Positions 12,801 through 26,470 of a DNA stretch of 64,000 bases are shown here, piece after piece (position 1 is the first letter of the stretch; each line of letters begins with the position of its first letter). The position numbers were made by a program, and so were the translations under genes. This stretch comes from Takakia lepidozioides. Its lineage: Eukaryota; Plantae; Bryophyta. Below the pieces are notes generated by a model. The model did not search any database. It was given only the letters and a program-made list of their open reading frames with translations, and was not told the DNA's origin. Location: the NCBI GenBank assembly GCA_030704615.1, contig CM060733.1, forward strand, positions 39,680,001-39,744,000, written 5' to 3'.

Positions 12801-13562
12801 AAATGTTGTTGCTGGCAATCGGCCCCATAGAGCCCCACGTTTTCGAATCAATGGCTCGAGATAATATTTGTCTGTTGCTCTCCTGGTCCGTTTGAAAAAA
12901 CACCCTGTCACACGTGGTGTAGGTGTTTGACGATGAGGCTCAAGTTGTGCAAAGTGGGCAGCAATCTGAAACTCCACTGTTCCAAGACAAAATGGCTCAG
13001 GATAGATTTGCCCACCCCACTGAAGGTTTGCTTTGAGAGAGACCAAAACAACTGGGTTGTCTGGAACCCAGTTGCAAATCAATGGCGTTAAAGCCTCACG
13101 ATAGGTTGACCACTCTGTTGACCTTGGAAGCATATGGATGCGCCGTTGAATATCTTTGGGAGGCACATTAGAAGATGCTTGAGGCTGTCTTGTTCGTTGT
13201 GTTCTCGACTCGCAAATGTTTCGAGGAACAGAAACATTCAAGTCATTGACAGTGCCAATTTCAGTAGGTCCACAAAGACTTGGTACATTTGCCATACCTT
13301 GGACGTCGTGACCTTGGCCTTGGGGTGGAGCCGGTACATTTGATCTTGAAGAAGATCCAAATCTGGGTGGATATGCAAAACGCTCACCTTCCTGTCGAAT
13401 ATGCCCTACAAATGCACTTACTCGACGCGGGATTTGTGGCAAGTTTTGTACTAAAGAATCCTCATTGTTTTGTGATGCACAACCAGGGTCAATATCCTGC
13501 AAGTCGTGCGTCCAGTCTTCATCTTGTTTGGACATTTCTATATCGTGCACGCATTTGTGAAC
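9825..13562 (-). CDS. HECT-domain E3 ubiquitin ligase-like cargo gene (spliced; one in-frame stop)
   Basis: C-terminus QASTCFQVLYLPPY..SSYGRA* matches the HECT catalytic Cys loop and the -4 aromatic residue. IDEDGLRDAW resembles the N-lobe G-x-D-x-GG-x-x-RE motif. ORFs 11766-13550 and 11010-11756 are in frame across a single TAG. Confidence 0.75.
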
Positions 13563-13604
13563 CTGCCAAAAAAGTAAGAATTGAGATCCATTGAGATCTG
13601 TTGC

Positions 13605-13890
13605 ATTCCAAAGAAACTAAGTCAAAATTGGACTACATGTAGGTAGAGGTATCGTCATGAGGTAGTTTCCCTGTTTGGTATACCTATAGAGGTATAGCGT
13701 TTGATTTGCAAATAAATTTTGCTAAATCAGTTTGTATTTATGTGGAGGTATTGTCATGAGGTAGTAGCCCTGATTAGTATACCAATAGAGGTATAACGCT
13801 TGATTTACAAAGAAACTTAGCTATATATGCTAGTAGAGGTATCGTCATTATGTAGTAGTGATCCTCTTTGGTATATACCTATAGAGGTTG
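13605..13890 (+). repeat. Second block of the ~99-bp repeat (about 3 units)
   Basis: Same consensus as 8200-9040; lies just 5' of the HECT-gene acceptor at about 13563. Confidence 0.9.
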
Positions 13891-16800
13891 GTGCATTTGT
13901 GAGTTGAGATCCATTAAACAATGGGAATTTTTCACGAATTTTACACGTTGTGAGGAATTGGCAGGGTTTTGTCACCAATGCTCAAGTGTCACACGGTTAC
14001 CAGTCTTCCATTGTGTGCTGGCTTAATTCTTCAGTAACCTACTTGAGCTCTAGACTTCTGAAAAAAACACCCGGATTGGCTTACTTGAGGTATACAATAT
14101 GGCCACTTTAGATATACGCTATACATGTGAGCATAAATGCTTGTCATTTCTCAGAGAGCGCCGGCAGTCTGAATGACGATTCTGTAACTATGATATATAA
14201 GAAACGATAGTGTAGAGAAATTCCCTGGCGGTGGGCTTCAGTTACAAGGAATAAATTGACTAGCATTCTACCTGCATGAGGCACTCCCTCGCCAAGCAAT
14301 GTTTGGGTTTCTTAGACTGGGGGTTACATTGTGACGCACTACTGTGGTCGCAACAAACTTCTGCTTTCTCTTTCCTTCTTTCCTCTCTCGTTGACATAGA
14401 AAATTGAGAGAGGTTATGGTATGGGAGAAGAGAGAGGGGATGCAATTGACATCATGATGAGTTGAAGGGGAGAGCAGAGGGAAGTGGTAAATTCGCAGAG
14501 AAGCACAGAGGTCCCCGGGAGACTTACTTTTGTAGTTGCAGCGTAAAGTGAAAGCCAGGGTGGGTAGTATGGCTGTCGATGAGTTCAGGGCGAGTTATGC
14601 TAGTGAGACACCTTCCCTGAAATGCCTTTGTTGGTGTGTGTGCGCTGTCTTTGTAATTCAACAGATATTGACCAAGAATGTTCACTTGGCTTCACTCGCT
14701 GAAAAGAACACGAGAGAAGTCTCCTTCCTTATACTTCCATCACCAGGAAGTGAGTTGCTGACTTCCTTGGAGTTATTGAGAAACAATGGTATCAAGCCAG
14801 GAAGTGATTTCGATTCAATTTTGGCTGCTGTCATTATGGCGCGATGTCCTAAACTTCTAGCGCGTGTTCCGTTTGTTCACTTTCAATAATGGGCTTCATG
14901 GTGGTTATCTTTTTAGGTTCTTAACAGGCTTATTAGCATATTAATGGGCTTTTAATAATGGGCTCCATTCTCCTTCTAACATCTTCAAAATAACCACAAT
15001 AACGGTAATTTGGGTAGTTAAGTTGTCCCTAACACCCATCCAAAATTATTTTATGTATTTCCATCTATTTCCACCCTTTTTATTTTGCCAACTTAACCTT
15101 AGGTGAGATTTCAACCCACAATGAAGATTTGTGTTTGTTGGTCTTGCATCGAGGAGATATCTGCACCTTGAGACACTAACCAATTTCATACTGCCAAGCC
15201 CTTATAGTGCCAATATATGGCTATGTACATATACCAAACATGATACCACTGTAAGAGTATCAACGTCTAAGAGTTGATATATTAAACTCTCTATCGAACA
15301 CACAGCCCAATTTCAACATGATACCTTTGCAAGGGTATCGAAACAAGATTATTGGAGATAATTCTCGAAATGAACATGTCTTTTGTTTTCTCTGGGGTTG
15401 TGTCATGGGGGCCAGATACTAGTGCCAGGGGAGTACATGATGATGTAGGGGAAGCCATTCATCAATTGTGAGGTTTGAAATTGTTTGTTTCTTTCAGAGG
15501 TAGCCATATTTCTTTTGCCACTGAATCAGAGGAAGCTGAAGCACTTCTGAGTAAGCCATCTGTCTCCTTGAGGGTCCCCCAAAAAATGAGATGGAGCTAG
15601 CCCTGGCATGCACATCAAACCCATTTAGCTCACAAGCAGTTTAAGGAGGTTTGCATAAACATTTGGCCAAGGTTTGAGGGCTTTGCCTCATTCCAACAAC
15701 AGTATTTACCAAAGCACATAACGTGCTTGTAATAACACTCGGGCTGCATGTGGGGTTCATGGGATGCTGAATGGAAGTTGAGGAATTTGAAAGGCTGGAG
15801 TGGGAATCGAGAGCATGAATGCTGAGTTCTACAATAGTGATGAGATTATGGTTGTAGTGCAACGTTGTAGTAGGTTTGTTATTGGCAGCCCAACACTTGC
15901 AAGCCACATGCCCACTCCTATGAAGGTGTGACTGGTGATGTAGTGACCAGTCACTTAGTCAAACCAGCGATACGCAGGCAGTGGGTAGAGTGGTGGATGA
16001 GCAGCACATGGAGAGAGGTGTGCACATGGAAGATCAATGTGAAGTCCATATCAGCCCCTATGCCAAGTTATATTGCTTCCCCTTGTGCTCAATACCTCTA
16101 CATTCTTTTGTACTGGAACCGCAGATTGATTGAAAAGCACATGGACAACGGTCTGCACAGGAAGATCACTACCAAGTCCATATTAGCCCATACGCAAGTG
16201 ACCACTTGTAGCAGACCTCTAACCTGCTTCATGACTGGTGATTCCGTTGTTCCTCAGATGTGGGAATCATGCAGAACATAATTCATCAACTAAGTTCTTT
16301 AAATCTTCCTCTTTGTTGCGGGATACTCAGATTGCAAACAACACGAACAAAATGAAAACACGGGGCTATGAAAAGAAGGAAGCAGATCGGATGGTCGTCC
16401 AGGACCATATTCAAATTCCAAAAGTTGCAAGAAATGGAAAACAACAAAATGCAGGTCAACTTCTCATGTATCCAGGCATTGCCGTGGACTCACTCACTCA
16501 ACCACTGAGATTTAAATTAACTTAAGTCTGCAATATGACTGGTTACTCAAAATTTGGTTCTCGGTGTGAGTAAAATTGATTAAATTGATGCCCCTAAACC
16601 GAAACTCCAGGTCAAATAGATATAAGAGCTGGTTGAAGGCACTGTGTACTGGAGAAAAACCAACCACATAGTCACAAAGGTCTAGATCGGCCACATCCTG
16701 AAGCATCGACTGCCTGTTTCGCAGCTGTTGAATGGCTTCTAGTGGGTTTGGCACAATCACGTCTGGATACTTCTGCTTAAAATCCTACAAATGCACAAGC

Positions 16801-17223
16801 ACCAGATCAGCAACATGGCCAAAGAGTAAGTGAATTGGACTCCCAATGTACCCATTTACATGCTTAATCCTAAAGCAGTCACTGTATCCACAGCCTCAAA
16901 ATATGTACATAGCCTCGGCCTACAACTTTTATGTTGTATGCACCCATTTAGCAAAGGTTCCTGGGAGCTATACTTGAGGCTAGGAAAACCACCCGGCGCC
17001 TACACAACCTGCAAACCACATTCCTCTTGGTAGGACAATAGCGACATAGCCTCCCTACAATGGAGTAGTGTAGTCCGTATCTTTGTACCATTATTTGGGC
17101 ACTTTTCTTAGGCAACTAGAATGTGAAAAAGAGAGTAAGAAGAAACACACAAACAAGTCTCAGAATTTTCTCCATACTTACAAGGTGAAGGTAGCCAAAA
17201 AAGAGGCCCTGATTCGATTTTTT

Positions 17224-18953
17224 CTACATTCCTTCCTCTTCATCATCATCATGCTCCTCCTCCTCCTCCTCCTCATCTGCATCGTCGTCATCTGTTTCTT
17301 CCTCCTCTCCCTCATCTCCTCCATCATTGTTTGTCCCTTCCTCATCCTCCGTGTTTGCATTGTCGTCATTGTCTAGTTGCTTGTCTACACAACATGGAAA
17401 CAAAGTACACATCTTAGAGTCCAATTGGCATGTTGAATAGAAACATAGCATGAAATATTTGACAAGTGAACATTCACACTTTTCACTTTTCTTGTAGCGC
17501 TTGGTCGCTAAAGCACACGCTTTGGCACAAAGGGGATCCACGAATCTCCACTTCTCCATCTCTGCATTGACGTACGTCTTGACAAACTCTGCCTTTGTCA
17601 ATGTGAACACCAACGATCTACAAAATATTTAGTCACAAGGGTTAGTTTGAAATCGCACTGATTGGTGAACATATGTACGATACAAACAAGAAGTATGCAA
17701 AGGCAGAATAATACCTTTGTTTGCAGCTTTCTTCCTCATGGTAGGTTAGCAAGCTGTTGGCCACCTCTTTTCGCAACTTGCGACGAGGCATCTTCCAGTA
17801 ATCCTTGCCATCCCTATAGATTCTTTTCATCCGTGCCAAGTCTTGCTTGTAACCCCTAATCGGTTTGTACTGAGCAAGTTTGTTCCTCACCCACTTACCA
17901 GTCGCATTCGCACCCACGATATCATCCAAGGTCTTAGCTGATAAATCGCCCCTTCCCCATTTGGGAATCCCGAAGTGGTCGTACACATCTTCATCGAACA
18001 ATGTTGCCAACAATGGTGCTCGCTTGCTCTTGTTTTCCATGGCCATAGAACCACCTTGTGCCATTTCCCACAGTCGCTCCGCTTTCAATTTGGTTCTGTA
18101 ACGCGCCTTGTTCTCATACACCCTCTTTCTCTTATCTGCATCCCCATAGATCTTCATGTTCGTTCTATGGTAATTTTGTTTTCTCTTCTTCCCATCCGTA
18201 GGGCGACCAGGCTTACCTGGAAGGAGGCGAGGACCTCCACACTTTACCACAAGGTGGTTTTGGAAGTTATGTTTGTCCTTCCAACCCATGGAAGGTCCTT
18301 CACCGCAAATCAAACAAAACCAATGTCCATTCTCCCGTTTGTAGTGCACCCCCTCTTGTGCAAACGAACCACCTAAATAACATAGATAGTGGATGTGTGA
18401 AATTAGGCATACCAGGGTTTTAGAATCGGAGATTCACCTACATGATGATACCTTTGTAAAGATATTTGTCTCTAGGCATCTATTATACTTCCGTGTTTAG
18501 CACTACACCTATCCTGCACATAATGCACATACCTCTGTACAGAAAAGACACCTTTTAATACCTCTGTGGAAGTAAAGACGTTGCATACAATCCAAGCAAT
18601 AAAAGAATGAAAATGTACTTGAAACTAGGAATCCCGTAGGAGTCCCAAGAGTTGTAAATAAGCATGAACTTACTTCCTTGCCCTCCTAGCACTCCTTGCC
18701 CTCCTCCTGTACGCGCCGGCTCTGTCGAGGTAACAGGAGTTGGTACGACGTCACTGTTTGCTACAACAGACACAACGCAAGATGAAGGGGCTTCATGACG
18801 TCTTGACTTCACTTTGATACGCTTCCCTGTTATGTTGGATCTTCCCATGTTTAGATACCTTCCTGTCTCCTGGAAAAAACAATGTTGTTTGAAAAGCTCG
18901 GTGCTCCGAGCTCGTAGCACTGGACTCCTATTCCTATCTTCACAAAAAGACAA
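17224..18953 (-). CDS. Second cargo gene: Zn-finger-like motif, basic core and Asp/Glu-rich tail; exon structure uncertain
   Basis: ORF 17642-18349 has WFCLICGE..FQNHLVVKC. ORF 17224-17613 ends in a long D/E tract. Plausible GT-AG junctions between the ORFs. Confidence 0.5.
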
Positions 18954-19512
18954 TGTTGTTATAGGGCAGAGAACACACCCTGAAGTTGTCTACTGCTGCC
19001 TGCAAGCTCTTGAGATGTGGCTCTATTTTTAGCAGATTGGCCAGCAACCTAATATTGCGGAGACAATAAACACTCAACAGTCACACTGACCATCAACCTA
19101 AACTTAATTCCAAGCATTACAGACCAGCCATGACACAAACACTAACCCCTTCACTCCAATTGTTCTTCATGTGTTTTGCTCACAGACTAGTTTACCAGTT
19201 AGGGCCTTCTTGCTCACATCTTCAAAGAATACAAGCACTGCAAACACATGTTGCTGGCTAGCAAGGTTCAAGTCACACCCTTCCAATGGAAATGACAGCA
19301 GAAACAAAATGAAGCCAACCAACTCCCTAAACTCATTTCCTAACATTGTTAACCATGCTGAGCACCACATCTGAAATAAGCATGTCTCAGATTGATTTAG
19401 ATATGTACCTTGTCACGAGTGGTGCATGTAGCTTCCCTGTACCCACAGTAAACCCTGACTATTGTTACAACTTGCACAAAAGCTTGTCAAGTAACTTTCA
19501 CACCTACTCTTA

Positions 19513-22500
19513 TCCTTGAGGTCATCCAAGATGTCCTCCCCCATGTCACAGACTGGAAACAAGTTCAGGGAAGTTTTCTGCCTAACTTCCTTTTCATCAG
19601 AAAATCTCATGGCAACAGACATGGCTGAGGACACTAGAGCCTCTAAGTCAGACTTACCCAGCAGGGTCAAGCCTTGCGGATACAGGTCCAGGTCCTTGAG
19701 GATGTCTTGTACTCTCTTCTGCCAGGACTTAGCCTGTTTGACAGGGCGGTCCTGTTTCCAAGATATAGAGTCCATTAATTTAGGATATCTGGTGTTGGGC
19801 ATATGTTGCAGCTGACCCCACCATCTGACCTTGAATTCATGTCGTCGGGAGCTGAAGGACGGAATGCCGAACTCACCCCGAACAGCCACATTGGCTGTTT
19901 TGGAGCATGCTGACATACACTCCTTAACCACCCCCACTTGAATGGATTCTAGAGACTTAGCCTGGTTGGAGTTATCAACCCATATAGCAGATCCGTACTC
20001 CAAGGCAGGTCTAATAACGCGACAAAGCATGGTTTTCTTAACCTTAGAGTTGACCCCTCTGCAGTGGAAAAATTTAGTGAGCCCCAGTGCTTTGCCCTTG
20101 CCAGTTTGAACAACTTTCTGGATATGTGCATCCCAATTACAATTGGAGGAGAACTCAACGCCCAGGTAAGTGTAGGAAGGGAGGACCGGGATCTCTTGGC
20201 TACCCCACTGCCACTTAAGATCACTTCCTCCCTCTCCTATGTCGTTGAATGCTACCACTGCACATTTGCTGACATTAGCCTCTAGCCCCCAAAGATCAAA
20301 GTATGTCTTCGCGCAATCAATACACTCCTGGAGATTGGTTGGAGTCTCCCCTATGCCTGCGAAGTCATCCGCAAACATAAGGGCTGGTATGGTGGTATCA
20401 CCCACCCTTAACCCAAATCCCTCACTTTCCACATCCTCGAGGAGTTGATTGATGAAAACATTGAAGAGCAGAGGGGAGAGAGTACATCCTTGAGCTACAC
20501 CTTGGTCTAAGTCAAAGAAGTTGGACTTCTGTCCGTTAACAGTGACACAGCTTTTGGTGTGAGCATACAAGTTGTGGACAAGTCTCCACATCTTTCCCTT
20601 GATCCCACAAGACCAGAGGCGGAACCATAGGCCATCTCTCCACACTGTGTCATAAGCCTTTTTGACATCCAGGAAAAATACATAAGTGGGTTTCCCTCCT
20701 TTTTCCTTCCCTGGATAATCTGGCTTAGAGTGAAGATATGATCCACACAGCCCCTATTTCGCCGAAAGCCAGCTTGGCCTTCGTGGAAACAACCTCTAGA
20801 CTCCAGATCAACCTCGAGACGAGTACTTATAAATAAGCAGAATGTCTTGCCAACAACATTGAGGAGCGTGATGCCACGGTAGTTCCCCGGTTCTTCTCTG
20901 TCACCCTTCTTGTATAGATTGACAATGACCCCCTGTCGCCAGCGAAAGGGGATCATTTCAGTCTTCCAGAGAAGGTTAAAGAGGAGAAGTAGGGCCTCTA
21001 TCATGGGATCGCCACCGTGCTTCATAAGCTTATGACAATACCATCTGGTCCAGGAGCTTTACCTCCATTTATATGTTCAATTGCTTCGACAATCTCAGAA
21101 GAAGTAATGGGAGCATTATAAGCCATTGAAATATACTCCAGTTCATCAGGGCTGTTTTGAATCATAGGAACAGTTTTTCCAACTGTGTCCCTCCATTCAG
21201 CAGAAGACCCCTCACTGTTATACCTAAGAAGTTCTGCCAAGGATACTGTAGTGAGTTTCAAAGGTTTTGACAATGTCAACCGATGAAGTCACCACTGCAC
21301 CTTTAGTAGTCTTCAGCGCTTGTACTTGCTGACCGTTTTTCGGTTTGTACAAACGTTGAAGGGCCAAGCAGAATTTCTTGTCATTACCACCATGGTGGTT
21401 TGAGTTTATTTCACTGTATAACTTGTCCCAATATAATTTTTTCTGAGACCTAACAAGCTGATTGATATCTTTACGGAGCTGGTAGTACCTCGCCCACAAT
21501 TCTCTGTTGGTTTCCAAATTGCAGTACTGTTTATAGAGGGCTCGTCTCTCAGCTATGTTGAGTTTAATCTCATTAGTCCACCAATTAACAGCTCTACCGC
21601 AGACAATTAGTTTCCTCCCAATGATCTTGTCAGCCACGGAGGAAACAAAACTCTCCCAAGAGTCCACTGCTCTTTCGACTTCATTTATTGCGTTAACAGA
21701 GCGTGACTGAAGTTCTTGGAGCGATTGGACAAAATGAGGGAGAGCCTCTTGCAAGGCCTGGACGTACTCAGCCTTGACCTCCTCATTGTGGAATTTTTCT
21801 ATGCGCCACTTCCGAATCGAACGTTTCACAGATCTCTTGGTGGTGGGAAAACACCTTTTGATGTCAGTCCAAACCAGCAAGTGGTCAGAGGTACCAATAT
21901 CAGTTTTGTCGATCAACACATCGGCACACTGGGGGAACAAAAATTTGTCCATTATGATATAGTCCACAATGGAACGTTCCCCAGTTTGGGGTTTCTCACG
22001 AGTCCACTGCACTTGGTCACCTCTTGTCCTGTTATTCAAGGTGAAAAGCTGAAGCTCTTCTAGACAGTTAATTAACCGTCTGCCATTAGAATTCAGCTCG
22101 TCCTCACCAAAAGGTCCAATGATATCGTCCTGATGGATCCGTTTGCCCACCCAGGCATTGAAGTCCCCCAATGGTACCACCTGACCTTTGGCAAGGAACG
22201 AAGCACAGTCCAGCTTAAAAACTTGTGAGGCCTTGTCTGCGTCAGCACACAGGGTCCCCTCTGTGGCCATGTAAACACAACGGACAAAGAGGTCCAGCAG
22301 AGTACTCATGCCGCCCTTCAAATTCAGTTTTAGCCAGATACTATGCTCGTACCTCAAACCCTTGTTGATAATTTCACAATTGTCAAACAAGAAATCACGA
22401 ACGAACTTCTTTGAGATTGAATTGATGCGGGACTCTATTAGAAGCACTTTTGGTCATTGCAACCTTCAACGTACCCCTGTTATCAAGTCTCGAGATGGTA

Positions 22501-22990
22501 CCATAAACCCTAAATCCAAGCCTAAGGTAGAGCATGTAGTTTTAAAGGACACATCGTCCATCCTGGGATTCACCCCAAAAACTACACATGAAGCCCTAGA
22601 TTTGGCATAAGTAACCAATTCCCAGGGATCACCCTGAGGAGTGTTGATGTTGATAGGAGCTATATTTTTGATTGTTTTCGCAAGCCATAAGTTTAAGCAC
22701 AGGAACCAACCCGAGCCCAAGTGCCGAGTATGCTAGACAGAGCATACGACTGCCCAATTTGGGCGGAGGAGCTGCCCCCAAGCGGTAGGAGTCCGCTTGT
22801 TACCATTCAGAGATCACACTCTAGGGAGTTGCAGGGAATGGCCCGTGTAGGCATATTCTAAAGAGGGAAAGGCCCCAAGCTTTCCAACTAAATCCAATGC
22901 ACTACCTTACCTGAAGCAAAACGCTTAAGGTCGAAACAAACAAGGACACGAGGTCAGAAGGCCGGCATTTAGTGACAGAGACATTAATGT
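19513..22990 (-). mobile_element. LINE (APE endonuclease + RT), frameshifted and 3'-truncated, nested in the TIR element
   Basis: APE motifs LGDFNA, SIVDYII, SDHLLV (21224-22447). RT motifs PGPDGI, QGCTLSPLLF, FADD, YTYLGV (19413-21279). Homology to the 1086-2820 copy ends at about 19513; 5' limit approximate. Confidence 0.92.
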
Positions 22991-23038
22991 ACTCCCGTTT
23001 CAAGTCCACCCAATGTCAATAGGCTTCCTAGAGGACAG

Positions 23039-23044
23039 GAGAGA

Positions 23045-23125
<81 letters not shown>
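23039..23125. repeat. (GA)n microsatellite
   Basis: Near-perfect GA run of about 85 bp at the 5' side of the nested LINE. Confidence 0.97.
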
Positions 23126-23128
<3 letters not shown>

Positions 23129-23544
23129 GAAATGAAATAGGGTTTGGTTGTTTGTTTCTCCCTTGGCACCTAATGTGATATTAGTTGTCCTCCGCATACA
23201 TATCCAGCACACCAGAAAGAGAAGAAAGCTCTTTGAACTTACTTGAAGCATCTTGTATTTCCGAGGGTGCAACATCATTCATACTCAGGATGGACACGGT
23301 TGCCTTACCAAATGTGTCAGCTCTGCTGCTGCCTCTTCCTTGGCCTCTTCCTGTCCACCCAACCATGACACGTACCATGAAAAACTCACTTGACATTTCT
23401 ATCCCACTCTTCTTATTGAGTAAACCAGAAACAATAGACAATCATGTAGCCAAGTGCTACGCGATGAACAGCTGTAGAATCTAACAAGCGAGGACTAGGA
23501 TAAAAACAGAGATAAGAATGCGTACGTTGCCAATCCCAATCCCT

Positions 23545-23790
23545 CTGTAGGTATACTAAACAGGGCAACTACCTCATAACGATACCTCAACCTGCATATA
23601 GGCTGATTTGACCAGGTTTCTTTGTAAGTCATGCGCTATACCTCTGGTGGTATACTAAACAGGGCTACTGTCTCATGACGATACCTCCGCATAAATATAG
23701 ATTAATTTGGCCAACTTTTCTTGTAAAATGAAATACTATACCTCTATAGATATATCAAACAGGGCTACAACCTAATGACGATACCTCTAC
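23545..23790 (-). repeat. Third, inverted block of the ~99-bp repeat abutting the right TIR
   Basis: Near-identical reverse complement of about 8660-8900. Confidence 0.9.
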
Positions 23791-23793
23791 TAG

Positions 23794-24119
23794 GCTCTCT
23801 CTCTAGTATATATCTCTCCTTTAGGGTACACGACTCATGTCGTGACTTAGGCCTTACCACAAGCAAAGGATGGACGGGCAGCAGGAATAGACGGGCCAGC
23901 ATGTATATTTATCTTATACTCTCGTATATATATGTGTATACGATACATATACATATACATACACATGATAATATATTATATATATTATATACAAAACTGC
24001 GTTAAAAATTATAGATTACAATTCAATTGAATTGCAAATTAGGGTTAGTTCAATTGAATTGGCATCTGATCAAGTGAATTGCGCTGCATTTCACATCAAG
24101 GCCTATTTGGAATTCCCTA
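23794..24119 (-). repeat. Right TIR (~326 bp)
   Basis: Mirror of 4739-5118; the ORF track shows the same peptides on opposite strands (4907-5242 vs 23775-24005). Confidence 0.95.
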
Positions 24120-24984
24120 GACGTGCATCCTTTATTTTCCCACATTTGGCATACATGTCAACTAGGGTAATCTCCAGAATAATATCTGGTACAATTCCAG
24201 CATTGATGATGTTATTGTGGACCTCTTTGCCCTTTTCGAAGGCTCCAAGGCTGGCACACGCCTTGAGAACACAAATGAAAGTCACAGTGTCGGCCATCAC
24301 CCCTTCCCACATCATTTGCTTATACATCTCAAAAGCCTTCCAACCACTCCCTTGCTGAGCATATCCTGTGATCATTGCACTCCATGCGACCACATCTCGT
24401 TGTGCCATGTTGTCAAACACCTCACATGCATCCTTCATGCTCCCACACTTGGCATACATGTTAACAAGTGCAGTCTCCAAAATGACATCTGGTTCAATTC
24501 CAGCTTTGATAATATCGGCATAGACCTCTTGGCCCTTTTCCAGGGCTAGGGCTCCTAGGCCGGCATACGCCTTGAGTATGCAAGTGGCTGTGACCCTATT
24601 AGGTGTCACCCCTTCCAGTACCATTTGCTCATACATCTCAAAGGCCTCCCTATTACACTTTTGGATAATGTGGGAGTGCACCTGCCCCACCTCTGCTAGG
24701 CCTTTCACCTCAATGCACTCTTGCAAGAGCAAGCCGTAAGTGTTCAAATCCACCAGAATGTCTCCTTGGTTCAAAATGTGCAATGCATCTTGCAATCGTC
24801 CATGACATAGAGTCCTCAAATACTCACAAGTGCCAAAAGAGTTCTTGTTGAGTCCCTCTATAGGTCTTCTGTCACAAGTAGTGGCCATAGTGGAGGTGCC
24901 TGATTGATACAACTCTGCCATCCTGCATGAACCCAAACTTTTAGTTAGGTATTCAGACTTGATATTCATAGATTTGAAAGTCAT
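24120..24984 (-). pseudogene. 5' half of the split PLS-DYW PPR gene
   Basis: PPR motifs LETALVNMYAKCGS, VVAWSAMITGYAQ, TVTFICVLKAC. The frame reads ..KIKDAR and then runs into the TIR. Confidence 0.92.
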
Positions 24985-25369
24985 ATATACTCAACAAAGA
25001 CCTCTTCACGAGGACCAGCTCCTCCATAAATAGGGATTTTCTTTAGGTTTCATTCCCACATCAGAGTGCAGAGGTGCAGACTTGCAACAAATAGACCAAC
25101 TTGGACACCAGCTGCAGTTCCATATCTGTATAGACTACCAAGAACCATTTCGGCCAACTCTGTTCACCTCAGCACCAATAAATCGAAGGACAAATGATGT
25201 TCAGCAGGTATGCATCTATTAAAGAGAAGGGACAGTTATACCGGAAGAACCCTGATAATCCCCCTCCACCAGTGCTCGCTGCAGATTTTTGCCTAGCTGC
25301 TTCCAATTTCTCCAATCGACCAGATAAGCACACAGGTCTCTCGCGGCCGTCAATGCACAGTACCTTGTC

Positions 25370-25730
25370 GGTGCTGTAGTGGGTTTCAAAGGTTTTGACA
25401 ATGTCAGCCGTTGAAGTCACCACTGCACCCTTAGTAGTCTTCAGCGCTTGTACTTGCTGACAGTTTTTCGGCTTGTACAAACGTTGAAGGGCCAACCAGA
25501 ATCTCTTTTCACTACCACCATGGTGGTTTGAGTTTATTTCACTGTATAACTTGTCCCAGTATAGTTTCTTTTGAGACCTTACAAGCAGATTGATATCTTT
25601 CCGGATCTGGTAGTACCTCACCCACAATTCTTTGTTGGTTTTCAAATTGCAGCACTCTTTATAGAGGACTCGTCTCTCAGCTATCTTGAGTTTAATCTCA
25701 TTGGTCCACCAATGAGCAGCTCTACCACAG
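25370..25730 (-). mobile_element. Internal LINE fragment
   Basis: Matches 21250-21600 (ELWVRYYQIRKDIN..KTFETHYS). Confidence 0.9.
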
Positions 25731-26149
25731 ATAATATCTCATTGGTCAACATTGTTGGTCTTCAATCGCTCAAGATCTGTAAACTGTTGTTGAATTAAGT
25801 GGAGCTCGTATGTTGCATCCATTTAGATTTTATGTGGGCTCAATAAGTCAGTGTACCATGAATATCATTGTCTATCTTTTCATCTGGTACTCTTGGTGCC
25901 TGTAGTGCTCAAGGCCCAGCCTGTGCCTGCTTTCTTTGTCAGACCAAACAGAGTCTTATTTTGTCAATGCCTTGAAGGGGCTGTGGGTGGCAGGGCTACA
26001 GGTCACTCATCTGGTCACTGCCAACCCCTTCCGTTCACCATTTCTAATCAGATTTCAGATACAAATTTTGCCTGGGTCAGCAATGGTTGTGTTTGGTGTG
26101 AACACAGCTGCAATAGTTACATTGATAGTTGTCGTGCACCTGACAGGGA

Positions 26150-26470
26150 GAATATACTCATGAGATGTTGTTTGCCGTAGCCTTCTGGCCATAGATCCTG
26201 TGCCCGGTTTGGGCGGAACAAGAGGGAACAGACACTACCTTTGTGAGGAGCTCACTCCACTAGTGGGACTTACCTTGGCATAAACATTTGGTTTGGGCTT
26301 TCCAGATTTCCTCTAGAAATCCCCATCAATCTGCTGTGTGTGAGCTGCCTAGCAGTTAGACCTCAGCAAAGCCAGGGCCTTGGGATATTGAATGTTGGTG
26401 AACAGAGAGGTGCAGGGACTACGTATGGTGCTGAAGAGGGTCACTCTCTGATGAGAAACCCTGGACATTG
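26150..26470 (-). mobile_element. Decayed LINE 3'-end fragment
   Basis: Reverse complement resembles 2470-2820, including CAAGGTAAGTC and GGCAAACAACATCTCATGAGTA. Confidence 0.75.

Larger units (their letters stand above)
4739..24119. mobile_element. 19.4-kb TIR DNA transposon, IS3EU-like, with cargo genes
   Basis: Termini TAGGGAATTCCAAATAGGCC...GGCCTATTTGGAATTCCCTA. Direct repeat GACGTG at 4733-4738 and 24120-24125. Removing the element plus one TSD restores the PPR reading frame. Internal DDE transposase gene. Confidence 0.93.

Noticed and set aside
4739-24119. Polinton/Maverick (size, long TIRs, 6-bp TSD)
   Set aside because: No protein-primed PolB, packaging ATPase, protease or capsid ORFs are recognisable, and the termini are not AG-repeat type.
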